A DNA stretch of 64,000 nucleotides from Candidatus Brocadiaceae bacterium (lineage in GTDB: Bacteria; Planctomycetota; Brocadiia; SM23-32). The notes under the pieces are model-generated. The model was not told where the DNA came from, made no database searches, and saw only the letters and a list, made by a program, of their open reading frames with translations. The stretch spans positions 22,023 to 86,022 of the forward strand of contig CAWDVO010000025.1 of the NCBI GenBank assembly GCA_963805825.1, given 5' to 3'. Positions 20,524 to 28,865 of this stretch are shown here, piece by piece. Made by a program: the position numbers and the translations under genes. The first letter of the stretch is position 1; every line of letters starts with the position of its first letter.

Positions 20524-21801
20524 GTGCGCACCGGGCCGTCGAGGAAAGCCGTGCAGCACCGCTGTCTCGGCTGCGGAAGGGAGTATCCGCACAGCTTCGC
20601 CACGCTGTGCGAGTGCGGGGCGATGGTCGAGGCGTACTACGACCTGGAACGCGCCCGCATCCACGAGTCCGACAACCCCTACGTCCGCTACTTCGACCTG
20701 CTGCCCCTGGAGGACCCCGCCAACCTGCTGCCGGTCGAGCACCGGATGACGCCCACGGTCCATGCGACGGCCCTGGGCAGGAAGCTCGGCCTCTCCCGCC
20801 TCTTCCTGAAGGACGAGACCGGCCTGCCCACCTGCACGACCAAGGACCGCATGGCGATGGCGGTGCTCTCGCTCTTTCGCGAGCTCGGTATCACCGAGTT
20901 CGCCACCTCTTCCACCGGCAACAGCTCCACCGCCCTCGCCCGCCACATCCGCCTCTACCCGGACTGCCGGATGTACATCTTCATGGGCGAGGACTTCGTC
21001 GACCGGCTGAACTTTGCGCCGACGCCGCAGGTGGTCGTCTTCGGGCTGCGCGGGAGCACGTTCGTGGAGGCGTACGCCGAGGCGCTCAACTTCGCCGCGC
21101 GGCGCGGCGTGGTCTCCGAGCGCGGCTTCTTCAACCCGGCGCGGCGGGCGGGGCTGAAGACGGCCTACCTGGAGGCCGCCGAGGCCGTCGATGGCCCCGT
21201 CGATTGGCACGTGCAGGCCGTCAGCTCCGCCATGGGCGTCTACGGCGCCTACCAGGGCGCAAAGGAGCTGCTGGCCATGGGCCGCGCAACCTCACTGCCC
21301 CGGCTGCTGTGCGTGCAGCAGGAGACCTGCTGCCCGATGGTGAGGGCGTTCGAGGCCGGGTCGTCCGTCATCCGCCCGCAGGACGTGGTGGAGCGGCCCA
21401 GCGGAATCGCGTCGGCCATCCTGCGCGGCGACCCGCGGCGCGCGTATCCTTACGTGCATCGCATCGTGGTGGAGAGCGGCGGGACATTCGCGGCGGTCAG
21501 CGAGCGGGCGATACGCGAGGCGCGCCGCATGGTCGAGGACCTGGAGGGCATCAGCCCGTGCTTCGACGCTGCCGCCGCCGTGGCCGGCCTGGCGCGCTTG
21601 GCGCGGGGCGGCGTCGTGGCGCCCGCCAGCACCGTGGTGGTAAACCTGACCGGCGGGGACCGGCCCGAGAGCGGTCCGCCCGAGGGCATCCACTGGCTGG
21701 AGAGGACGGACGGCGGCTGGGCCCCCGCCGACCCGCAGGACACCGTGGCCCGGGAACTCTGGGAGGAGACGCAATGCCTGACTCGACAGCCACCCGCGTA
21801 G
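20524..21801 (+). CDS. PLP fold-type II enzyme, threonine synthase/cysteate synthase-like
   Basis: N-terminal CxxC..CxCG zinc ribbon, LKDETGLPTCTTKDR (PLP Lys), SSTGNS, NPARRAGLKT, QAVSSAMG, VVNLTG. Confidence 0.88.
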   Translation: MRTGPSRKAVQHRCLGCGREYPHSFATLCECGAMVEAYYDLERARIHESDNPYVRYFDLLPLEDPANLLPVEHRMTPTVHATALGRKLGLSRLFLKDETGLPTCTTKDRMAMAVLSLFRELGITEFATSSTGNSSTALARHIRLYPDCRMYIFMGEDFVDRLNFAPTPQVVVFGLRGSTFVEAYAEALNFAARRGVVSERGFFNPARRAGLKTAYLEAAEAVDGPVDWHVQAVSSAMGVYGAYQGAKELLAMGRATSLPRLLCVQQETCCPMVRAFEAGSSVIRPQDVVERPSGIASAILRGDPRRAYPYVHRIVVESGGTFAAVSERAIREARRMVEDLEGISPCFDAAAAVAGLARLARGGVVAPASTVVVNLTGGDRPESGPPEGIHWLERTDGGWAPADPQDTVARELWEETQCLTRQPPA

Positions 21802-22034
21802 CGGCCATCGTAGCGCGTGTGGGCCACCTGGGACCGCAGGAACAGGTCGACGAGAGCACCCCACTGGTCGGCGGCGGCGTCGCCCTCGACTCAGTCAGCG
21901 TGCTGGAGCTGCTGCTGGCGCTGGAGCAGGAGTTCGGCATCGAGGTGGACGCCGAGGAGCTGCTCGAGGCGAAAGCGCTGCACACCGTCGGCACCCTTGC
22001 CGCCTTCATCGACGCGAGGACCGCTCAGGCATGA
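21774..22034 (+). CDS. Stand-alone acyl carrier protein (86 aa)
   Basis: Acidic; ALDSVSVLELLLALEQEFGIEV phosphopantetheine-Ser motif, TVGTLAAFI. RBS GGAGGAG. Overlaps both neighbours. Confidence 0.92.
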   Translation: MPDSTATRVAAIVARVGHLGPQEQVDESTPLVGGGVALDSVSVLELLLALEQEFGIEVDAEELLEAKALHTVGTLAAFIDARTAQA

Positions 22035-23476
22035 AGACGCTCTGGGAGGGCATGGCGAAGGCGGCGGGCCGCGTCCCGCCGAAGCCCGCGCTCGTGGAGC
22101 GCGGCCTGACGCTCACCTACCCGGAGCTGCTCGCCGCCACGGCGGCCATGGGCGACTTCCTGACCGAGGCGGGTCTCGGCCCCGGCGAGACGGCGGCCGT
22201 GCAGATGCCCAACTCCGTCGACTGCGTCGTCTGCGCGCTCGGGGTGGTGCGCACGGGCGCGGGCCTCATGGTGCTGGATGCCGCACTGAAACCGCAGGAG
22301 GTGGCCCGCTGCTGCGGCATCGCCCGCGCCGGGATGCTGCTGGTCGACCCGGCCGGACAGGCAGAAGCCCCGCAGGACGGCCCGCCGCTTCTGGCGGCGC
22401 CGAGGGCACGCGAACTGAAGGCCGCCACGGCCGATCATGGCGCGCCGCCGGAGGCAGGCGAGGGCCCCTACCTGCTGCTCTCCTCGGGGACGACGGGCGC
22501 GCCGAAGGTCGTCCACCGCGAGAGCCGTCACATGGAGGCGGCCGTGCGCATACACGCGGCCGGGCTCGGCTACGGCCCGGACGACCGCACGCTGGCCGTG
22601 CTGCCCTTCTGCCATAGCTTCGGGCTCGGCAACGTGCTGCTCGGCACGCTCGCGCGCGGCGGCACGCTGTTCCTGGAGGCGTTCTCGCCGCGCAGCACGG
22701 CGGCCACAATCGAGCGCGAGCGCATCACCGTCCTGCCCGGCACGCCGTTCATGTTCCGCGCGCTGGCGCAGACGGCGTTCCGCCGGCGGCCGGATTTCTC
22801 GTCCGTGCGGTGCGCCGTCTCGGCGGGTTCGGCGCTCTCCCCGGCCATAGCCGTCGGCTTCGCGGAGGCATACGGAATACGCATCGCCCAGTGCTACGGC
22901 ACCACGGAGACCGGCCCCGTCACGCTGGCCCGGTCCGTACACGACGTGCCCGCCGGCTGGCTGGGCAAGCCGGAGCCGGGCGTTGAGGTGCGGATACTCG
23001 ACGACGGCCGGCCGCTCGGACGCGGTCTGTCGGGCCAGGTGGCCGTCCTCAGCCCCGCCAATGCCACCGGCTACCTAAGCGAGCCCGAGCTGACCGCCGC
23101 GAAGTTCCGCGACGGCTGCTTCCTGACGGGCGACGTGGGCCGCGTCGACGCGGACGGCGACTTATTCGTCACCGGGCGCGTCAAGCCGATGGTGAGTGTC
23201 GACGGCAAGAAGGTATCGCCGGCCGAGGTAGAGGCGTGCCTGCGGGCCCATCCCCGCGTAGCGGAGGCGCTGGTCGTGGCGGGCGGCGACCGGCGGGAGG
23301 GCGAGTGGGTGAAGGCGCTCGTCGTGCCGCTCCGGGAGGTGACGGCCATGGAGCTGCGCGAGCACTGTGGGCAGAACCTGGCCGCCTTCAAGGTCCCGCG
23401 CCAGATCGTCTTCGTGGACGACCTCTCGTCCGGACCCATGCAGAAACCGTCGGCCGCCGCATCGGCCGGGGACTGA
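22031..23476 (+). CDS. ANL adenylate-forming ligase (acyl-CoA/acyl-ACP synthetase-like)
   Basis: SSGTTGAPK, LPFCHSFG, YGTTETG, LTGDVG, GR..M..VDGKKVSPAEVE, FKVPR. Confidence 0.92.
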   Translation: MKTLWEGMAKAAGRVPPKPALVERGLTLTYPELLAATAAMGDFLTEAGLGPGETAAVQMPNSVDCVVCALGVVRTGAGLMVLDAALKPQEVARCCGIARAGMLLVDPAGQAEAPQDGPPLLAAPRARELKAATADHGAPPEAGEGPYLLLSSGTTGAPKVVHRESRHMEAAVRIHAAGLGYGPDDRTLAVLPFCHSFGLGNVLLGTLARGGTLFLEAFSPRSTAATIERERITVLPGTPFMFRALAQTAFRRRPDFSSVRCAVSAGSALSPAIAVGFAEAYGIRIAQCYGTTETGPVTLARSVHDVPAGWLGKPEPGVEVRILDDGRPLGRGLSGQVAVLSPANATGYLSEPELTAAKFRDGCFLTGDVGRVDADGDLFVTGRVKPMVSVDGKKVSPAEVEACLRAHPRVAEALVVAGGDRREGEWVKALVVPLREVTAMELREHCGQNLAAFKVPRQIVFVDDLSSGPMQKPSAAASAGD

Positions 23477-23487
23477 AGGGAGGACCG

Positions 23488-24444
23488 ATGCAGGGAATTG
23501 ACCTCAGCGACCCGCTGCGCCCCGCGAAGCTGCCGTGGAGCCTGGTGGCGCTGGGCGCCGCGCGCAACTTCACCTACCACGCCCTGCCCATCTCCTGGTC
23601 GATGGCCCTGACGAGGGCCACCACCCGCCTGGACATGCTCCGCCGGCCCGACCGACGGCGCCAGTTGCTCAGCGTGCTGCGCACCATCGTGCCCGAGCAG
23701 ACGGACGAGCGGGAGCTGATGCGCCAGCTCGTGCTGACCCGCGCCCTGCGCAAGTTCGGCGGCAACACGTTCGCCGCCGTCTTCCACCGCTCACGCGAGT
23801 GGCTGCTGGGCGTCCTGCGCCCCGAGGGCATCGAGCACCTCGACGCGCTCCACGCCGCCGGCAGCGGCGCCATCATTCTGGGCACGCACGTCGGCCAGAA
23901 CGGCTGGGTAGGCCCGGTGCTGCACGACATGGGCTACCCCGTGCGCCTGATGCAGCGCCGCAGGACCACGGTGGACTCGTACATGCTCATGCGCCGGGGC
24001 GGCCTGCTGCCGGAAGTCCTGCCCTTCCCTCCGCCCGAGGAGAGCGGCGCACACCTGAAGCGCATCCACGACATACTGCGCGCCGGCCGGTGGGCACAGC
24101 ACGTGGGCGACTTCCCGACAAACTCCGGCGGCGTGCGCGGCACCTACCTGGGGCGGCAGGTGCAGTGCGTGCCGGGGCCGTGGGTGCTGGCGCGGTTGGC
24201 GCGCGTGCCGGTGGTGCCGGTGGTGATCCTGTCGGACAGGCGAGGACTGCCCCGCATGGTGGTCCGGGAGCCCATCCACGTCGGCCCGGCCGCGTCCCTG
24301 CGCGACGGTCTCGACGGTCCCTTCCAGACCTACCTGGACTTCGTCACGGCCCGCGTCCGCCCCACACCGTGGAACGTAGGGCTCAAGCACTGGCAGAAGC
24401 TCTTCGAGGCGGAGTGGCCGGACGGGCCGTACGCCTGGGGCTGA
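23488..24444 (+). CDS. LpxL/HtrB-like (lipid A late acyltransferase family) acyltransferase
   Basis: EGIEHLDAL..GSGAIILGTHVG, L..G....HVGD, YLGR, GPWVLARLARVPVVPV, C-terminal PW....HW. Confidence 0.75.
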   Translation: MQGIDLSDPLRPAKLPWSLVALGAARNFTYHALPISWSMALTRATTRLDMLRRPDRRRQLLSVLRTIVPEQTDERELMRQLVLTRALRKFGGNTFAAVFHRSREWLLGVLRPEGIEHLDALHAAGSGAIILGTHVGQNGWVGPVLHDMGYPVRLMQRRRTTVDSYMLMRRGGLLPEVLPFPPPEESGAHLKRIHDILRAGRWAQHVGDFPTNSGGVRGTYLGRQVQCVPGPWVLARLARVPVVPVVILSDRRGLPRMVVREPIHVGPAASLRDGLDGPFQTYLDFVTARVRPTPWNVGLKHWQKLFEAEWPDGPYAWG

Positions 24445-24457
24445 CGGCCGGCGGACC

Positions 24458-26053
24458 TCAAGGCAAGCCCTGCTCGCGCAGCTTGTCCAGCAGGTCGCAC
24501 TGCTCCTTGCGCAGGCCCCGGCCGACGGTCACCGGCAGGTTCAGAATGAGGTGCTCGTCGTTCTGCTCGGTGAAGCGCGGCCAGGGCGCGGCGCCGGCGC
24601 CGTTGGGGTTGCCGGTCGCGGCGAAGCGCATCCAGTAGCCGATCATCTCGTCCGAGAGCCGCCGGTCGTCCGCGCTGAAGCCCCATCGCGGCGCCACGCC
24701 GAAGACGTAGGGCACCTCGGCGCCGTGGTGGCAGTCCAGGCCCATGCTGCGCGCCCAGGCGCTGGAGCGCGTGAACTGGTAGAGGTAGGTGTCCGGCTGC
24801 GCCGGGGCGGTGGCTTGCACGGCGGCGCGCGTGCTGTCGACGAAGACGTCGCCGAGTATCTGCGTAAGGGCGGCGCGCGCCGTGGAGTCGTCGTCGGCAG
24901 GATAGAGCGCCAGCACGTCGCCCGCATGGCCCTTGTAGGCGGTCCGCACCAGCATGCGGTAGCCGAACAGGCCATTCACGTGCGCCTGCCGCACGAACAG
25001 CGTGCCCTCGTCCGCGCAGGTGCCGGCCATGAAGGGCACGTGCGCCTGCGCGCCGCGTGCGAACGTCGTGCCCGGCGGCTCGGTCAGCACGTAGCCGTCC
25101 ACGCACAGGTAGTCGCGCGTGCCCGCGCCGGGCATTCCGGAGGACTCCGGCGCGGCGTCCAACACGTCCTGCCAGGACTCCGCCCGGAGCGCGGCGAGGG
25201 CGCCGGGACCGTCGGGGATGCCCAGCCGGCGGGCCAGCTCCACGCCGGAGGACTCCATGCTCGGCAGGCCGGGCAGGTCCCAGACGTGGTAGCGCAGCCG
25301 GTCCGGCGCGGCACCGCTCTCCGCGATGGCGTGCTGGAACAGGCCATTCGCCAGAGGCGTACACATCAGCGTGCAGACGCTGACCGCGCCGGCTGATTCG
25401 CCGAAGATCGTCACATTCCCCGGGTCGCCGCCGAAGGCTGCGATGTTGTCGTGGACCCAGTGCAGGGCGGCAATCTGATCCATGATGCCGTAGTTGCCGC
25501 TGGAATGGTGCGGGGACTCGGCGGCGAGCGCCGGGTGCGCCAGGAAGCCGAGCACGCCGAGGCGGTAGTTGATGGTGACCAGCACTACGCCCGCCCGGGC
25601 GAGTGCGACGCCGTTGTAGTTCCGCATGGACCCGCTGCCCTGACGCAGGCCGCCGCCGTGGATCCAGACCATGACGGGCCGGGGCGCGTCCCCCGGGCGC
25701 ACGGCGGTCCAGACGTTCAGCCGCAGGCAGTCCTCGTCCATCGGCCCGACGTCCCCGCCCAGCGCGCCGGGCGGCTGCGGGCAGGACGGGCCGAACTGCG
25801 TCGCGTCGCGCACGCCTTCCCACGGCTCGGGCGGCGCGGGCGGCTTCCAGCGCAGGTCGCCGACGGGCGGCGCGGCGTAGGGGATGCCCAGGTAGGCGGC
25901 CACGCCGTCCTCGGTCCTCCCCCAGATGCGGCCGCCCGCAATGCTGAGCACCGGCGCATCCCCGCCCTCCGCCGGCGCGGCCAGGACGGGGGCGACCGCC
26001 AGCGTCAAGGCGGCCAGCACGAGGACCTTCACGCGAGAACAGACCGTCTTCAT
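24458..26053 (-). CDS. Secreted type-B carboxylesterase/lipase
   Basis: Signal peptide, YLGIPYAAPPVGDLRW, EDCLRLNVW, WIHGGG, FGESAG nucleophile, HGAEV. Confidence 0.93.
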   Translation of the reverse strand: MKTVCSRVKVLVLAALTLAVAPVLAAPAEGGDAPVLSIAGGRIWGRTEDGVAAYLGIPYAAPPVGDLRWKPPAPPEPWEGVRDATQFGPSCPQPPGALGGDVGPMDEDCLRLNVWTAVRPGDAPRPVMVWIHGGGLRQGSGSMRNYNGVALARAGVVLVTINYRLGVLGFLAHPALAAESPHHSSGNYGIMDQIAALHWVHDNIAAFGGDPGNVTIFGESAGAVSVCTLMCTPLANGLFQHAIAESGAAPDRLRYHVWDLPGLPSMESSGVELARRLGIPDGPGALAALRAESWQDVLDAAPESSGMPGAGTRDYLCVDGYVLTEPPGTTFARGAQAHVPFMAGTCADEGTLFVRQAHVNGLFGYRMLVRTAYKGHAGDVLALYPADDDSTARAALTQILGDVFVDSTRAAVQATAPAQPDTYLYQFTRSSAWARSMGLDCHHGAEVPYVFGVAPRWGFSADDRRLSDEMIGYWMRFAATGNPNGAGAAPWPRFTEQNDEHLILNLPVTVGRGLRKEQCDLLDKLREQGLP

Positions 26054-26209
26054 CGGTTCGACCCTTCTGCCGGGAACGGTGCGTGCATCATACCCTAAAG
26101 AACACGACGCCCGCCGCGTTCTTACACGGCCGCCCTTGACCGTGGCACCCGCCTTGGCATATACAGACAGGCACTTTCGTGTCCCCCACTCGACGGCCCG
26201 GGCATCCCC

Positions 26210-27748
26210 ATGGCAGACGAGCACATCCACGAACTGCAGTGCCCGGCCGGCGAGCGACCCGCCCCGCTGCCTCGGGCCGCGCTCTACCTGGCCCTCGGCT
26301 GCATCGCCTTCGGCGTCGTGCTGCGCCTGCGCCTCTACCTGTTCAGCCCGGCGCTCTGGCTGGACGAGGCGTCCTTGGCCCTCGACCTGATGCGCTTCCA
26401 CTCGCTGGGCGTCCAGATGCACAACGGGCACACGCAGATCACGCCGCTGCTGTTCCTCTTGATGACGAACGCGTCGATGCTCCTGTTCGGCACCGGCGAG
26501 CACGCGCTCAGGCTGGCGGCCCTGCTGGCGGGCCTGGCGGCGTTCGTGCCCTTCTACTTCCTGTCCCGGCGGACGCTGGGGCCGTGGGGGGTGGTGGTCG
26601 CCCTCGGCCTGATGGCCATCGCACCGAAGGCCGCCAACTACGCCGCCATGCTCAGGCACTACACGATGGACATCGCCGTCTCGGCCGCGCTCGCCTACCT
26701 GCTCGTCCTCGCCGTCCACCGGCGGCTGGACCTGAAGTGGGGGCTGCTGCTGGCTGCGGCGGGGGCGGCGGCCGCCTGGTCGTCGTTCCCGTCCGTGTTC
26801 GTGCTGGCCGGCTTCGGCACGGTGCTCTGGACCGCTGCGCTCCTGCGCAAGGAGTGGCGCCGGGCGCTCGGCTTCGCGGCCGTGGGCGCGGTGTGGATCG
26901 CGAGCACCGGCACCTACTACGCCCTGTTCCTGCGCAAGGCCAGCGAGTCCCCCCAACTGGAGTCCTTCTGGGACCCCGGTTACATGCCGCCGCCCACGTC
27001 GGTCCACACCCTCTCGTGGCTCCAGCACACGATGTCCGGCGCGCTCCACGACGTCGGCGGCTACAGGATCACGGCGCTGGCGGCCTTCGCCTTCTGGGTG
27101 GGCTTCGTCGCGCTCTTCCGCCGCTGCCGGGAGCTGGCGCTCGCCCTGACGGCCCCGCTCGCCGTAACGCTCCTCGCCTCGGCCTTCAGGCTCTATCCCT
27201 TCGCCGGCCGGCTTCTGCTCTTCCTGCTGCCGATGCTCTGCGTCCTGGTGGCGGCCGGCGTCGAGCTGGCCTGGACGGGCACGCGCGGCAAGTGGCGGGT
27301 GCCTGCGGGCCTCCTCATTGTGATGCTGCTGGCGTTCCCCATCGAGCGCGCCTTCGCCATCCTCGTCGAGCCGGAGGCCCGCGAGGAGATCCGGCCCGTC
27401 CTTGCCTACATCGCCGCGCACCGCCAGCCGGGTGACGTCCTCTACGCCTACCGCCCCTCCTACCTGGCGCTGCGCTACTACGAGGATCGCTACGGCCTGC
27501 AGGACATGGGCGCCATCCGCGGTGGGCCGCCGAGCAAGACCAAGGCGGGCTACGAGAAGGAGTTCCGCCAGTTGGAGGGCCGCGGCCGCACGTGGGTAGT
27601 CTTCGCCCACCTCAAGGACTTCCAGCTCGAAGCCATGGTGCGCTACCTGGACACGATCGGCAGGCGGCTCGACGAGGTGCAGGCCACCGGCGCCTACGGC
27701 TACCTCTACGACATGGACCGCACGCCGCCCCCTGCCCGGGCGCCTTAG
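26210..27748 (+). CDS. GT-C (GT39/PMT/ArnT-like) integral membrane glycosyltransferase
   Basis: Multiple TM helices, LWLDE acidic loop motif, GEHALRL, RHY, LYPF.GR. Periplasmic C-terminal domain. Confidence 0.78.
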   Translation: MADEHIHELQCPAGERPAPLPRAALYLALGCIAFGVVLRLRLYLFSPALWLDEASLALDLMRFHSLGVQMHNGHTQITPLLFLLMTNASMLLFGTGEHALRLAALLAGLAAFVPFYFLSRRTLGPWGVVVALGLMAIAPKAANYAAMLRHYTMDIAVSAALAYLLVLAVHRRLDLKWGLLLAAAGAAAAWSSFPSVFVLAGFGTVLWTAALLRKEWRRALGFAAVGAVWIASTGTYYALFLRKASESPQLESFWDPGYMPPPTSVHTLSWLQHTMSGALHDVGGYRITALAAFAFWVGFVALFRRCRELALALTAPLAVTLLASAFRLYPFAGRLLLFLLPMLCVLVAAGVELAWTGTRGKWRVPAGLLIVMLLAFPIERAFAILVEPEAREEIRPVLAYIAAHRQPGDVLYAYRPSYLALRYYEDRYGLQDMGAIRGGPPSKTKAGYEKEFRQLEGRGRTWVVFAHLKDFQLEAMVRYLDTIGRRLDEVQATGAYGYLYDMDRTPPPARAP

Positions 27749-27759
27749 CCCGCCCGGCG

Positions 27760-27788
27760 TTGCAGGAGTCGGCTGCGGGCCGTATGAT
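27760..27788 (+). promoter_or_regulatory. Putative promoter of the radical SAM gene
   Basis: TTGCAG - 17 bp - TATGAT. Confidence 0.5.
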
Positions 27789-27827
27789 GCAGCGGCACCC
27801 GTCCCACGCTCCCGAGGCACACGCGCC

Positions 27828-28865
27828 ATGCACCCGCTGTTGTCGCTACGGAAGTGGCGCGCGATAGGCAACTTCTATCGGCGCGCGGCCCGGCTGTACG
27901 CGGCCGTCGGCTCGCCGTGGCCCCCGCTGCGGCTGATGGAGTACGACGCGCGCCGCGCCGTCGGCAAGTCCCCGCCACTCTTCCTGGACATCGCCCTCAC
28001 CTACGACTGCCAATGCGACTGCATCCACTGCTCCGCCCGCTCGCACGCCGGCCGTGGGCCGGAGCTGGACACCGAGGGGATGAAGGACGTTCTGACCCAG
28101 GGCGCCCGCATGGGCGTGCAGGAGGTCATCCTCTCGGGCGGCGAGGCGCTGCTGCGCGAAGACCTGCCGGAGATCGTCCGCCACGCGCGCCGCCTCAACC
28201 TGCTCACGCGCCTGAACACCAACGGCCTCGCCGTCGACCGCCGCACCATTCGCACGCTGCGCCGCGCCGGGCTGTCGCAGTGGGCGGTCTCCATCGACGC
28301 GGCGGACGCCGCCACCCACGACCGGCGCCGCGGACTGACGGGTACTTACCGGGCCGCCGTCCGCGCGCTGCGCCTGCTGCGCGAGGAGGGCGTGCTCTGC
28401 CAGATACTCACTTACGCCAGCGAGGAGGACCTGCCGGAGGGCCTGGAGCGCATCGCCCGGCTCGGCCGCGAGATGGGCGTGCTGGCCGTCTTCGCCTTCT
28501 TCCCCATGGCGACGGGCAAGTGGATGGGCCGGCTGGACCGCGCGCTGAGCGAACGGCAGCGGGAGACCGTTCGGTCCTTCGTCGACCTCGGCCTGGTCCA
28601 CGTGGAGCTGCCGACCGCGCACGACAACTGCTGCACCTACACGCAGCAGTTGCTCTACATTACGGCCGACGGCCGCGTGACGCCGTGCCCGTTCGTGCCC
28701 TACGTCATCGGCAGCCTGCGCGAGCACAGCCTGCGTGAGATATGGGCAGCCTACGCGCGCGACCTGGGCAGGATGGAGTGCCGCGGCGACTGCCCGATGA
28801 ACGCGTCTCGCCACCGCGCCGACCTTGCCCGTTACGTGCGCGAGCACTCGCTCACGCCGGTGTAA
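27828..28865 (+). CDS. Radical SAM protein with SPASM/twitch domain
   Basis: TYDCQCDCIHC, SGGEALL, TNG, VSID, CC...YITADGRVTPCPF..IGSL, distal CRGDC. Confidence 0.9.
   Translation: MHPLLSLRKWRAIGNFYRRAARLYAAVGSPWPPLRLMEYDARRAVGKSPPLFLDIALTYDCQCDCIHCSARSHAGRGPELDTEGMKDVLTQGARMGVQEVILSGGEALLREDLPEIVRHARRLNLLTRLNTNGLAVDRRTIRTLRRAGLSQWAVSIDAADAATHDRRRGLTGTYRAAVRALRLLREEGVLCQILTYASEEDLPEGLERIARLGREMGVLAVFAFFPMATGKWMGRLDRALSERQRETVRSFVDLGLVHVELPTAHDNCCTYTQQLLYITADGRVTPCPFVPYVIGSLREHSLREIWAAYARDLGRMECRGDCPMNASRHRADLARYVREHSLTPV

Noticed and set aside
24458-27871. 1137-aa esterase with a long N-terminal extension
   Set aside because: The extension is antisense to the GT-C gene. The real start with a signal peptide is at 26053.
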